This document shows positions 55,246 through 64,000 of a stretch of DNA of 64,000 bases, in pieces. Every line of letters starts with the position of its first letter. The first letter of the stretch is position 1. The notes beneath the pieces are model-generated. The model made no database searches. It was given only the letters and a program-made list of their open reading frames with translations, and was not told the origin of the DNA. The position numbers were made by a program, and so were the translations under genes. This stretch comes from an uncultured Bacteroidales bacterium (lineage in GTDB: Bacteria > Bacteroidota > Bacteroidia > Bacteroidales > FEN-979), in the NCBI GenBank assembly GCA_903915465.1, contig CAIWTA010000082.1, forward strand, positions 4,183 through 68,182, written 5' to 3'.

Positions 55246-57699
55246 ATGAAAAATCAAAAAAAAGATCCGAATTTGTTTTTATCCGATATCATCGATACAG
55301 AAACTGAATTCATTCCGCTTCTTTCTTCAGAAGATGAACTTACAATGAACTCAGAAGAAGTCCCGGAAATACTTCCAATTCTTCCGCTACGTAATACCGT
55401 TCTTTTTCCAGGTGTAGTGATTCCCATTACAGTTGGAAGGGATAAATCCATAAAACTAATTAAAGACTACTATAAAACTGAAAGGATCATCGGAGTTGTT
55501 GCGCAAAAAGATCCAAAGGTGGAAGATCCTGAATTCCACGACCTGAATGACATTGGGACAGTAGCTTATATTATGAAAATTTTCCAGATGCCTGATGGTA
55601 GCAACACAGCAATCATACAAGGAAAACGAAGATTTCGTATTGTTGAACCCATTCAATCAGAACCTTATATCAAAGCGAAAGTCGTTCCTTTTGACCTTCC
55701 GGTTGAAACGCCAAAGAATGACCAGAGATTTAATGCGTTGATCTCGTCTTTGAAGGACCTGGCTATTCAAATCATCAATAAATCGCCAAACATCCCTTCC
55801 GACGCTGCTTTTGCCATAAAAAACATCGAGAGTCCTGCGTTTTTAGTCCATTTTATTTCTTCAAATCTTAATATCGAACTTGAGGAGAAGCAGAAATTGC
55901 TGGAAATTTCCGATCTCGTTGAACGTGCCAATCTTGTTTTGACATTCCTTTCGAACGAAATACAGGTCCTGGATTTAAAGAATCAGATCCAAAGTTTGGT
56001 GAAGGTTGATCTCGACAAACAACAGCGTGATTACCTGCTCAACCAACAGTTGAAAACTATTCAGGAGGAATTGGGAGGAACATCAAATGCCCAGGAAGCA
56101 AAAGCGCTTAAGGAATTGTCCCGGAATAAAAAATGGTCAAAGGAAGTTGAAGCCCTTTTTGAGAAAGAGATGAACAAACTTCAGCGGATGCATCCTGCGG
56201 CTGCAGAATACTCAATTCAGGTCAATTATCTTGAAACTCTTGTTCATCTGCCATGGGGTGAGTATACGCCGGATAATCTTGACCTTAATCATGCGAGAAA
56301 GGTTCTGGATGAGGATCATTTCGGATTGGAGAAAGTGAAAGACAGGATCATCGAATACCTAGCTGTGATCAAATTAAAGAAAGACCTGAAGTCACCAATT
56401 GTCTGTCTGGTAGGACCTCCGGGCGTTGGAAAAACTTCATTGGGAAAATCCATCGCCCGTGCTCTGGGCCGTAAATACACCCGTATGTCTCTCGGCGGGC
56501 TGCGGGATGAAGCTGAATTACGAGGCCACAGAAAAACATATATTGGTGCAATGCCAGGACGGATCCTTCAAAGTCTGAAAAAAGCAAAATCATCGAACCC
56601 TGTCTTTGTTCTGGATGAAATTGACAAAGTAATGGGTATGAACATAAATGGCGATCCACAGGCTGCCTTACTTGAAGTCCTGGATCCTGAGCAGAATGTT
56701 GCATTCTATGATAACTTCCTCGAGACAGAATACGATCTCTCCAGAATCATGTTTATCGCTACTGCAAATACAATCAGCACGATTCATCCTGCGCTCCGCG
56801 ATAGGATGGAAATCATTGATCTGCCTGGCTATCTTATGGAGGAAAAGATCGAAATTGCCCGTATACACCTGATTCCAAAACAGATGAACGAGCATGGATT
56901 AAAAATGAGCCAGATTGCTTTCTCTAATGGAGTTATCGAAAAAATTATTGATGATTATACGAGAGAATCTGGAGTCCGGACGCTCGAAAAAAACATTGCC
57001 AAGGTCCTTAGAAATAAAGCTAAATCCATTGTGTTCAAAGAAAAATTGAAGAAAAATCTGGATTTCGCAGATGTAAAAAAGATCCTTGGAATCCCTATCT
57101 TTCAAATGGAAAAATCCATTACCAACGAAATTCCCGGCGTTGTTACTGGTTTGGCCTGGACTTCGGCTGGAGGGGAGATCTTATTTGTTGAAGTGAGCCT
57201 GAACAAAGGGAAAGGGGAATTGACACTGACCGGCAACCTGGGTGATGTCATGAAAGAATCAGCCTCTATAGCTCTTGCTTACCTTAAAGCACACACCTCA
57301 ATTTTTGGTATTAATCCAGAGGTTTTCGATAAGTGGAATGTTCATATCCACGTTCCTGAAGGAGCAACACCCAAAGATGGTCCATCTGCCGGAATAACAA
57401 TCTTTACTGCGCTTGCATCCGCTTTTACGCAACGGAAAGTCAGGGAAAAACTTGCAATGACTGGAGAAGTAACATTAAGAGGTAAAGTTTTGCCAGTAGG
57501 AGGGATCCAGGAAAAAATACTTGCTGCCAAACGAGCTAATATCACCGATATCATCCTTTCCATTGAAAACAGAAAGGAAATTGAAGACATCAAAACCGGG
57601 TATATACAGGGTGTGAATTTTCACTATATCGAAGAAATGAAAGAAGTGAAGGATCTTGCCCTCTTGGATGAAAAGGTTAACAACCCGATCATTTTCTGA
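55246..57699 (+). CDS. lon: ATP-dependent endopeptidase La (Lon)
   Basis: Lon N-domain, AAA+ Walker A GPPGVGKTS, and protease active-site PKDGPSAGIT. Confidence 0.95.
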   Translation: MKNQKKDPNLFLSDIIDTETEFIPLLSSEDELTMNSEEVPEILPILPLRNTVLFPGVVIPITVGRDKSIKLIKDYYKTERIIGVVAQKDPKVEDPEFHDLNDIGTVAYIMKIFQMPDGSNTAIIQGKRRFRIVEPIQSEPYIKAKVVPFDLPVETPKNDQRFNALISSLKDLAIQIINKSPNIPSDAAFAIKNIESPAFLVHFISSNLNIELEEKQKLLEISDLVERANLVLTFLSNEIQVLDLKNQIQSLVKVDLDKQQRDYLLNQQLKTIQEELGGTSNAQEAKALKELSRNKKWSKEVEALFEKEMNKLQRMHPAAAEYSIQVNYLETLVHLPWGEYTPDNLDLNHARKVLDEDHFGLEKVKDRIIEYLAVIKLKKDLKSPIVCLVGPPGVGKTSLGKSIARALGRKYTRMSLGGLRDEAELRGHRKTYIGAMPGRILQSLKKAKSSNPVFVLDEIDKVMGMNINGDPQAALLEVLDPEQNVAFYDNFLETEYDLSRIMFIATANTISTIHPALRDRMEIIDLPGYLMEEKIEIARIHLIPKQMNEHGLKMSQIAFSNGVIEKIIDDYTRESGVRTLEKNIAKVLRNKAKSIVFKEKLKKNLDFADVKKILGIPIFQMEKSITNEIPGVVTGLAWTSAGGEILFVEVSLNKGKGELTLTGNLGDVMKESASIALAYLKAHTSIFGINPEVFDKWNVHIHVPEGATPKDGPSAGITIFTALASAFTQRKVREKLAMTGEVTLRGKVLPVGGIQEKILAAKRANITDIILSIENRKEIEDIKTGYIQGVNFHYIEEMKEVKDLALLDEKVNNPIIF

Positions 57700-57715
57700 T
57701 CGTGCGGCGGTTTTC

Positions 57716-59680
57716 TTACCTTACTAATACCATCCTTCGGGTAGCATTAAAATCGCCAGATTCCATCTTATAAAAATATACACCAGGGGGTAGATCTTTC
57801 CGATTGAACTGAAGTGAGAAGATTCCGGCCTCATGTTTCCTGTCAGCAGGAATATCTATCAGGTTTCCGGCAGAATCAAAAACGGAGATCTTGACTGCTG
57901 AAGGTTTTGGTACCTGGTAGTTGATTATGGTGCTATTCATAAATGGATTCGGAACATTCTGATAAAGGTGATACCCGGCAACCTTATTCTTCTGCTGTAT
58001 TCCTTCGACTATTGTGGCCTGCTTAAGCAGAATATTCCTATATGGATCAAAAGCCAGGCTCTTTGGCTCCTTAGAAAAAGTAAATTCGAACAGCTGGTCA
58101 TTGACATCGTTGATAACCTGGATCAGCGTGTCGGTCTGATCCGTAAACTGGACTTGGATTTGCACAGGCATCCTGAAGAATACTGTTTGATCCTGCGTTT
58201 GCTTCATAAGAAATTTCACATTCCAGTTTCCATTTCCGAGATCCTGAAATTCGTAGGCATTATAGTACTCCGGATGATCAGGATGGTAAATCCATTCCTG
58301 GAAAAACCAAGTCAAATCCTGTCCGCTTACCTGGTTTACTTTTTGAATGAATTCTTCTGTGACTGCATTTTTAAACATGAAATTTGTATCTGTTGCATAC
58401 GAATAAAGCAACTGAAAAAACAGGGAATCCCCAAGAACATAACGCAATTGGTGAAGAACACAGGCGCCTTTATCATAAACTATTGCAGTATTATAAAGCG
58501 TGTTGGGATCTGGAGTTTGCATTGCATAGGCAGGATTGTAAATCGGAAGTCCAGGATTTGCTCCAAGATAATAGTTTGCCTGTCCTTCGAGGTGACTCTT
58601 GTAAGCTGAATAGCCATTGGTATGTTCAATCCAAACAGATTCGCAATAAGTAGCAAAACTTTCGTTCAGCCACACATCTGCCCAGGTTCCGCATGTAATA
58701 AGGTCGCCAAACCATTGATGAGAAAACTCATGAGAAATAAGTCCTTCCTGCCACCCATTCGACCTCAGGTTGATCAAAGTCTGGTTTTCCATCCCGCCCC
58801 AGGGAAAATAACTGTTCAAAGTTGCAAAACCAATTTTCTCAAAAGGGTATACACCGAATTTCTCAGAGAAAAAAGAAGTCATAGGAATGATTAATAGTTC
58901 CATTGGCGTCGGGATCTCGGGGTATTTATAATAAAACCTGGCAGGAATGCTGTCATTCGGATTATCAGGTAAATGCCAGTAAACAATATCCAGAAGGAAG
59001 TTTATTTTGGATGATATCGTGATCAGGTATGTGGAAACCGGATCTCTGCTGGTCCAGTGATACCACAAAGTGTCAGCGATGAGTAAAGAATCAGCCAACT
59101 TGCCGTTGGATCCGAGCTTTACCGTAGCAGGTACTTTGGCCGTCAGGTCAAGTAACGCTTTATCAGAAGGACGATCCCAGCAGGGAAACCACTTTCGTGA
59201 ACCTTCCGGAGGTGTATCCGTAAAAACAAATCCCCCTGCTGCATAAAATGCATTGTCTGTAACATTCTTATGTTTGAAATAGATTTCAATTTCCACAATT
59301 TCACCAGGCTGAAATGTCCGGGTTAGTTGAATCTTTAATGTATCTGATAAATGGGAAAAAGAAACAGCAGCCATTCCAACAGAATCGACTGCAAGAGAGA
59401 AATTCACAGCATTCAGCCCGATCGAATTCAGGGCAGAATCTACTTTAAAAGTTATAACCTCTTTTGCAGTAAACTCTTTTGAAGGGGGTGTTTGGTAACA
59501 ATGATAAATGTCAAGATCAAGTTTGTACTTCAACACATCATATGAATGCTTCATGTAAAAATGAGCAGTATCAAAAGGTTCAATTGAAAAGGACTTATGC
59601 GTGCCGGCGACCACAGTCAGAGCAATAAAAGTACCGGTTAAGAGGACAAGCAGCTTTGCGGAAGATTTCAGCAATTTCAT
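57716..59680 (-). CDS. M1-family zinc metallopeptidase (aminopeptidase N-like) with T9SS C-terminal sorting domain
   Basis: GGMENQT exopeptidase motif. HEFSHQWFGDLITCGTWADVWLNESFATY (HExxH-x18-E). T9SS CTD (NVPNPFMNSTIINY...GVYFYKMESGDFNATRRMVLVR). Confidence 0.85.
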   Translation of the reverse strand: MKLLKSSAKLLVLLTGTFIALTVVAGTHKSFSIEPFDTAHFYMKHSYDVLKYKLDLDIYHCYQTPPSKEFTAKEVITFKVDSALNSIGLNAVNFSLAVDSVGMAAVSFSHLSDTLKIQLTRTFQPGEIVEIEIYFKHKNVTDNAFYAAGGFVFTDTPPEGSRKWFPCWDRPSDKALLDLTAKVPATVKLGSNGKLADSLLIADTLWYHWTSRDPVSTYLITISSKINFLLDIVYWHLPDNPNDSIPARFYYKYPEIPTPMELLIIPMTSFFSEKFGVYPFEKIGFATLNSYFPWGGMENQTLINLRSNGWQEGLISHEFSHQWFGDLITCGTWADVWLNESFATYCESVWIEHTNGYSAYKSHLEGQANYYLGANPGLPIYNPAYAMQTPDPNTLYNTAIVYDKGACVLHQLRYVLGDSLFFQLLYSYATDTNFMFKNAVTEEFIQKVNQVSGQDLTWFFQEWIYHPDHPEYYNAYEFQDLGNGNWNVKFLMKQTQDQTVFFRMPVQIQVQFTDQTDTLIQVINDVNDQLFEFTFSKEPKSLAFDPYRNILLKQATIVEGIQQKNKVAGYHLYQNVPNPFMNSTIINYQVPKPSAVKISVFDSAGNLIDIPADRKHEAGIFSLQFNRKDLPPGVYFYKMESGDFNATRRMVLVR

Positions 59681-59816
59681 AGATTCAGAAACTTGTTAGA
59701 TTTTATAATAAGATCTATTTTATTGAAAAGAATGTTTATAACCATTTAATAATCAGTTAGGTGATTAGATGATAATTTGTAACTTTATGATTATTAACCA
59801 AATAATTGATAAAAAG

Positions 59817-60230
59817 ATGCAAATTTATCCAACCAATCTAACCGAAAACCAGTGGAAAGTTATTGAAAATATTTTGAACGATAACCGAAAATTCAAACAT
59901 GATTTAAATTTTTTTTTCAATGCAATATTCTATTTCTTAAAAACGGGTTGCCAATTGCGTATGTTACCAACACATTTTGCACCCTGGAATACTATATATT
60001 ATTATCACAGACAATGGAAAAACAATAGCTTGATTGAAGAAATTCACGAAGTACTTCGGAATATGGTACATAAGATTGCTGGACATAAAGAATTTCCAGG
60101 TGCTGTTTGTATTGATAGTCGATCTGTGAAAACATCTCGTTCTGGCGGAGTCAGTCGGAGGGTAGATGGCGGAAGGAAAGTGAAAGGTCACAAACAACAT
60201 ATTATTACAGATACTATAAGTAGTAGTTGA
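59817..60230 (+). pseudogene. IS5-family transposase, N-terminal fragment (DUF4096-type N-domain plus the start of the DDE domain); C-terminal half missing
   Basis: MQIYPTNLTENQWKVIENIL...FNAIFYFLKTGCQLRMLP...WNTIYYYHRQW...AVCIDSRSVKTS...KGHKQHIITDT, then a stop. Full-length relatives are roughly twice this length. Nothing resembling the rest of the DDE domain is visible in any downstream frame. Confidence 0.7.
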
Positions 60231-60544
60231 GCACGCTTCAACCATTCATGACTCATTCCCATATGAATACTGCGATAAGAAGATATCTCCTTAAGGGGGA
60301 ATGCGTATTATCAAAGAGTTTTATGATAAGCGTGATTCTTGGTGCTGGGAACAGCACTGGTGCAGCGTAAATCAGATATGATGATGTGCAAAAAAAAATT
60401 CTTAATAAGAAAATGGAATGCCGTCACAATGTAGTTTGTAAAGGTGCTTTCCCAAATTCGATCATAATAAATCCGATGAAATATTTTCTGAACTAATTAC
60501 TTTTTAGTTTGAACAACTTAGGAGTTCTGAATCAAAGAATATAT

Positions 60545-60580
60545 TGCAGTTTACAAACGATGTTACATTTGTAAACTGCA
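60545..60580. repeat. perfect 13-bp inverted repeat with a 10-bp spacer
   Basis: TGCAGTTTACAAA-CGATGTTACA-TTTGTAAACTGCA. It lies inside a roughly 730-bp stretch with no ORF. Confidence 0.9.
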
Positions 60581-60970
60581 GTATATTCATATAATATTTT
60601 AACAATCTGGCTATTATAATTATTTAATAACAGGATCATCTTAATAATTGTTGTATGTTTAAGAGCAAAGCGTAATCGAAGTAACTGTTATACCTAAGCA
60701 TTATTCGCACTATACATTTGAATGTAGATATAAATCCTTACAAATTTGATTGATTGTAATTAACAATAGACCACTGTTCAATTGGGTTGTGCCAATTGTA
60801 AACAATTCTTTAATTATATCAATACACTAAATATAAATAACACAAAACCATATAAATACATAATGTATATAAACAATAACTTGAAACAAATCAAATTTAA
60901 TTATTTTTAATAACTTTATACAGAATTTACATAAAAGCATTACTTTTGTAATCACTTTAACTTGGACAAT

Positions 60971-61444
60971 ATGGTCGAAAGGATTCTGGAAATTTTTAAA
61001 CTGAAGAATTTATCACCTTCTCAGTTTGCGGATGAAATAGGCGTTCAGCGATCAAATATTTCACACTTGATATCTGGAAGAAATAAACCGAGCCTCGAAT
61101 TTATACAGAAAATCATGAATAGATTTCCCGACGTAAATCCTGAATATATATTGTCTGGTTTTGGAAACATTTTACGGGATGGTTTACAGACTTCATTGGA
61201 CCTATCTTCTCTTTCTGTTAAAATGCCTGAGAATCAACCTGAACAGATTTCAATGCCTGAGAATCAATCAGAAGAACCTGTTACCGCTGGCGATCCAGAA
61301 ACAACAAAACCCATAAAGAATAAAACAGCTCCTGAAAATGGGCGAAATATTGCAAAAGTGGAAAATAATAGAAATGATAACAAAATTGAGAAAATTGTTT
61401 TCTTTTTCAACGATAAAACCTTCAGGGAATATTTTCCTGAATGA
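60971..61444 (+). CDS. XRE-type helix-turn-helix protein with low-complexity C-terminal half
   Basis: HTH LSPSQFADEIGVQRSNISHLISGRNKPSLEFIQKI. The internal duplication MPENQPEQISMPENQSEEP comes from a repeated DNA 17-mer. Start at the ATG at 60971. Confidence 0.75.
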   Translation: MVERILEIFKLKNLSPSQFADEIGVQRSNISHLISGRNKPSLEFIQKIMNRFPDVNPEYILSGFGNILRDGLQTSLDLSSLSVKMPENQPEQISMPENQSEEPVTAGDPETTKPIKNKTAPENGRNIAKVENNRNDNKIEKIVFFFNDKTFREYFPE

Positions 61445-61447
61445 GAA

Positions 61448-61867
61448 CTAAAATCGTTCCTTTCCCGAGAAAAAGAAAGAGCTTTCGATAGCGGCATTTT
61501 CATCGCTGTCTGACCCATGAACAGCATTTTCACTTACAGAAATCCCATACAATTGACGAATGGTGCCGGGATCCGCTTTTGAAGGGTCCGTAGCACCGAT
61601 CAGTTGACGAAATTCCTGCACAGCATTTGGTTTTTCCAAGATAGCAGCAACAATTGGCCCTGAGGACATAAATTCCACAAGATCCGAATAAAAAGGTCTT
61701 TCTTTATGTACTTCATAAAAAACACCTGCCTGAATTTTTGTCAGTTGGGTTTTCTTAAGAGCAACAAGACGGAATCCCGCTTCCTGGATTTTTGAAAGGA
61801 TTTTTCCTTCAAAACCATCTTTGACTGCGCTTGGCTTGATCATCATGAATGTTCGGTTACCTATCAT
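61448..61867 (-). CDS. ndk: nucleoside-diphosphate kinase
   Basis: [12 protein letters not shown], the catalytic-His block NAVHGSDS, and a 139-aa length. Confidence 0.95.
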   Translation of the reverse strand: MIGNRTFMMIKPSAVKDGFEGKILSKIQEAGFRLVALKKTQLTKIQAGVFYEVHKERPFYSDLVEFMSSGPIVAAILEKPNAVQEFRQLIGATDPSKADPGTIRQLYGISVSENAVHGSDSDENAAIESSFFFSGKERF

Positions 61868-61911
61868 TTTATTGATGTTTAATTCCTATGTAAATTTAGC
61901 TATTTATTTAG

Positions 61912-61919
61912 TATTTTTG
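61912..61919 (+). promoter_or_regulatory. TAnnTTTG -7 box for the DHH phosphoesterase gene
   Basis: TATTTTTG. It implies a transcript start near 61926, so the track ATG at 61821 (inside ndk) is not used. The in-frame TTG at 61947 is the likely start. Confidence 0.45.
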
Positions 61920-61946
61920 CAACTGTTATCTGGAAAATCAAGCATC

Positions 61947-62966
61947 TTGAAAAAAAACGACTTTCACAGTATTCATAGTCTTCTCCAACAGCCTCAGAAA
62001 ATACTGATCACCACACATACAAACCCTGACGGAGATGCCATTGGTTCCAGCCTGGCACTTTTTGGTTACTTAAGGAAAAATGGGCATTCTGTAACTGTTA
62101 TGATTCCAGACCCGGATCCGAAATTTTTGCAATGGATGCCTTTTCATGAAAACCTTCTTGTTTATTGCCTGGAGAAAGAAATCTGTCGCGCTCATATCCA
62201 GGAAGCAACATTGATCTTTTGTGTTGATTTCAACAGTCTTAGCAGATTAAACCAAGCTGAAGCTGATTGCAGATGTTCGACTGCCCGAAAGATATTGATA
62301 GATCATCATACACAACCGTCCAATGACTTTGATTTTCTGATTTCGGACACACAAACATCTTCCACTTCTGAGTTGGTCTATGATTTTATTGCAAACTCGG
62401 GTGATAAAGAGAAAATTGATACTGAAATGGCGACCTGCATTTATGCTGGTATTATCACCGACACAGGCTCTTTCAGCTATTCCTGTAATTATGAAAAAAC
62501 TTATTTGATTACGGCTGACCTTTACCGTCGCGGAATTGATGGCGAACATATTCACCGGTTGGTGTATGACACCTATTCGGAAAGCAGGCTTAGGCTTCTG
62601 GGTTATGCGATCAGTGAGAAACTTGTTGTTCTTCCTGAATATCATGCTGCATATATTGCTTTGACCAGACAAGAATTGGACCGTTTCAATCATCAGATTG
62701 GTGATACCGAAGATATTGTGAACTATGCCCTTTCAATTGCTGATATTAACATAGCAGCACTTTTTTACGAACGTGAAGATATTGTAAAAGTATCATTGCG
62801 GTCAAAGGGACATTTTTCTGTTAATGATATTGCCCGGACTTATTTCGAAGGAGGTGGCCATGTGAATGCTGCCGGAGCAAACAGCAAATTATCTTTGAAA
62901 GATACAGTAGACGTATTCGTGAAATTTTTACCCACCTTTCAGGAGCAATTAAATTCTGTTTATTAA
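61947..62966 (+). CDS. nrnA: DHH/DHHA1 phosphoesterase (NrnA-like oligoribonuclease/pAp phosphatase)
   Basis: ILITTHTNPDGDAIGS, LIDHHTQ (DHH) and GGGHVNAAG (DHHA1) motifs. Confidence 0.8.
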   Translation: MKKNDFHSIHSLLQQPQKILITTHTNPDGDAIGSSLALFGYLRKNGHSVTVMIPDPDPKFLQWMPFHENLLVYCLEKEICRAHIQEATLIFCVDFNSLSRLNQAEADCRCSTARKILIDHHTQPSNDFDFLISDTQTSSTSELVYDFIANSGDKEKIDTEMATCIYAGIITDTGSFSYSCNYEKTYLITADLYRRGIDGEHIHRLVYDTYSESRLRLLGYAISEKLVVLPEYHAAYIALTRQELDRFNHQIGDTEDIVNYALSIADINIAALFYEREDIVKVSLRSKGHFSVNDIARTYFEGGGHVNAAGANSKLSLKDTVDVFVKFLPTFQEQLNSVY

Positions 62967-63517
62967 TGCCATGTAAAATTGAACGGATGATCTTCCCAAT
63001 GGTCATCTCTGTCCTTCTTGTTTTCCTGTTTCTTCTTCCCTCTTGCGGCCAGGAACCTGCGCCAGCTAACGCTACGCATAATTTCAATATGATGGATGAT
63101 ACGCTGCTGAATTACAATAAAGGCGTAATGTTGACAGAAGACCGCGAAATAGAAGACTTTATTTTTCGATATCACTGGAAAATGACAAAAAGCCCGACGG
63201 GTCTAAGGTATTTCATCTATACAAGGGGTAGTGGGAAGAAAGCGGAAAAAGGGGAAAGAGCGACATTGCAATTCACTGTCAGACTGCTTAATGGGAACCT
63301 TTGCTATTCATCGGTTGTGGATGGAAAAAAAACATTTAAGATCGGTTATGGTGGTGTTGAAAGTGGATTGGAAGAAGGAATTTTGCTGTTGAAAGTTGGA
63401 GACAAAGCAAAATTTATATTACCTTCGCATCTCGCTTTTGGGTTGCTAGGTGACCAGAACAAAATCCCCCAGAATGCCTCGTTAGTCTATGATGTCGAAC
63501 TGGTAGAAATAAAATAA
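62966..63517 (+). CDS. FKBP-type peptidyl-prolyl isomerase lipoprotein
   Basis: Lipobox LLPSCGQE. FKBP core GLRYFIYTRGSGKKAEKGERATLQFTVRLLNG...FKIGYGGVESGLEEGILLLKVGDKAKFILPSHLAFG. Its start overlaps the nrnA stop (TAATG). Confidence 0.85.
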   Translation: MPCKIERMIFPMVISVLLVFLFLLPSCGQEPAPANATHNFNMMDDTLLNYNKGVMLTEDREIEDFIFRYHWKMTKSPTGLRYFIYTRGSGKKAEKGERATLQFTVRLLNGNLCYSSVVDGKKTFKIGYGGVESGLEEGILLLKVGDKAKFILPSHLAFGLLGDQNKIPQNASLVYDVELVEIK

Positions 63518-63545
63518 CCTTAATAATAATCACAAACAATTATCT

Positions 63546-64000
63546 ATGAAAAAAATGTTTTTTCAACCTCTGGCAGTTATTCTGCTGGTCGTCTTTGCCT
63601 CTCTGGCATGTTCATCTAAATATCCGGGTTTTGATAAAACAGAATCAGGATTGTATTACAAATTGTATAAAGTCAGCAAAGACACAATCAAGCCAAAGGT
63701 AGGCGACTGGATTACCTTAGACTACAAATTAGTAGTTAAAGTAAAAAGCAAGGATTCTACTTTATTGGATAGTAAAAAGACTTCCCAGGGTTCCGTTCGT
63801 CTTCAGATCCCACCTTCTGATTATAAAGGTGACCTCTATTCCGGAATGAAAATCATGTCGTCTGGTGATAGTGCAATCTTTATTATTCCGGCAGATTCTT
63901 TATTTAAACGTACATTTAAACAACCTTCCCGTCCGCCTTTTGTCGACAGCAATAGTGTAGTGCAATTTTTCGTTCATTTGAAATTAATTGAAAACCCGGC
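63546..64000 (+). CDS. second FKBP-like lipoprotein (GldI-like), 5' part only (runs off the right edge)
   Basis: Absent from the ORF track. Hand translation from the ATG at 63546 is open to the window end. It gives MKKMFFQPLAVILLVVFASLACSSK (lipobox), then the divergent FKBP pattern GDWITLDYKLVV...GDLYSGMKIMSSGDSAIFIIPADSLF. Confidence 0.6.
   Translation, partial: MKKMFFQPLAVILLVVFASLACSSKYPGFDKTESGLYYKLYKVSKDTIKPKVGDWITLDYKLVVKVKSKDSTLLDSKKTSQGSVRLQIPPSDYKGDLYSGMKIMSSGDSAIFIIPADSLFKRTFKQPSRPPFVDSNSVVQFFVHLKLIENP

Noticed and set aside
60231-60960. oriC, or a tRNA, tmRNA or RNase P gene, hidden in the long ORF-free stretch
   Set aside because: There are no TTATCCACA-type boxes, no GGTTCGAAT-type T-loop and no GAGGAAAGTCC RNase P core. 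I saw no tRNA-like T-loop motif anywhere in the window.
61217-61275. Tandem MPENQ duplication in the HTH protein as a variable repeat
   Set aside because: There are only two copies of a 17-nt core, in frame, within a low-complexity linker. There is nothing to suggest instability or function beyond a spacer.

Overview
The window is an AT-rich chromosomal segment that looks like Bacteroidota. Evidence for that: three proteins end in type-A T9SS C-terminal sorting domains, many genes sit behind the TAnnTTTG -7 promoter box, the rpmG-DUF4295-ftsY-rimO block is present, and L31 is type B. It is densely packed, about 62 protein genes, mostly housekeeping: dnaA, lon, ftsY, rimO, xerD, serA, serC, ndk, prmC, aat, clpS, fldA, amt, rpmG and rpmE. 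I found no rRNA, tRNA, CRISPR array or intact mobile element. Three real CDSs are missing from the ORF track: a partial SGNH-like gene at 1-912 (-), a 53-aa DUF4295 gene at 12931-13092 (+) and a partial FKBP lipoprotein at 63546-64000 (+). Several track ORFs carry false N-terminal extensions, and I re-set those starts. The regions most worth follow-up are: (1) 18.4-23.9 kb, a TonB-dependent receptor operon whose partner surface proteins are T9SS cargo plus a YncE/DUF5074-like lipoprotein; (2) 25.5-30.0 kb, a steroid-5-alpha-reductase-family membrane enzyme, an extended SDR, a 388-aa protein with no domain I can name and a membrane-anchored SRPBCC/GyrI-like ligand-binding protein; (3) 28523-28744 inside that cluster, a divergent promoter region holding 11 copies of TTAAG/CTTAA; (4) 25.3-25.5 kb, an orphan promoter-to-terminator unit that could be a small RNA; (5) 59.8-61.0 kb, an IS5-family transposase stump followed by about 730 bp with no ORF but with a perfect 13-bp inverted repeat; (6) 30.8-35.7 kb, a NarL-type two-component system next to a TorF-porin/Amt pair with no glnK. 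All functional calls rest on motifs I recognised by eye in the translations. No database search was run.
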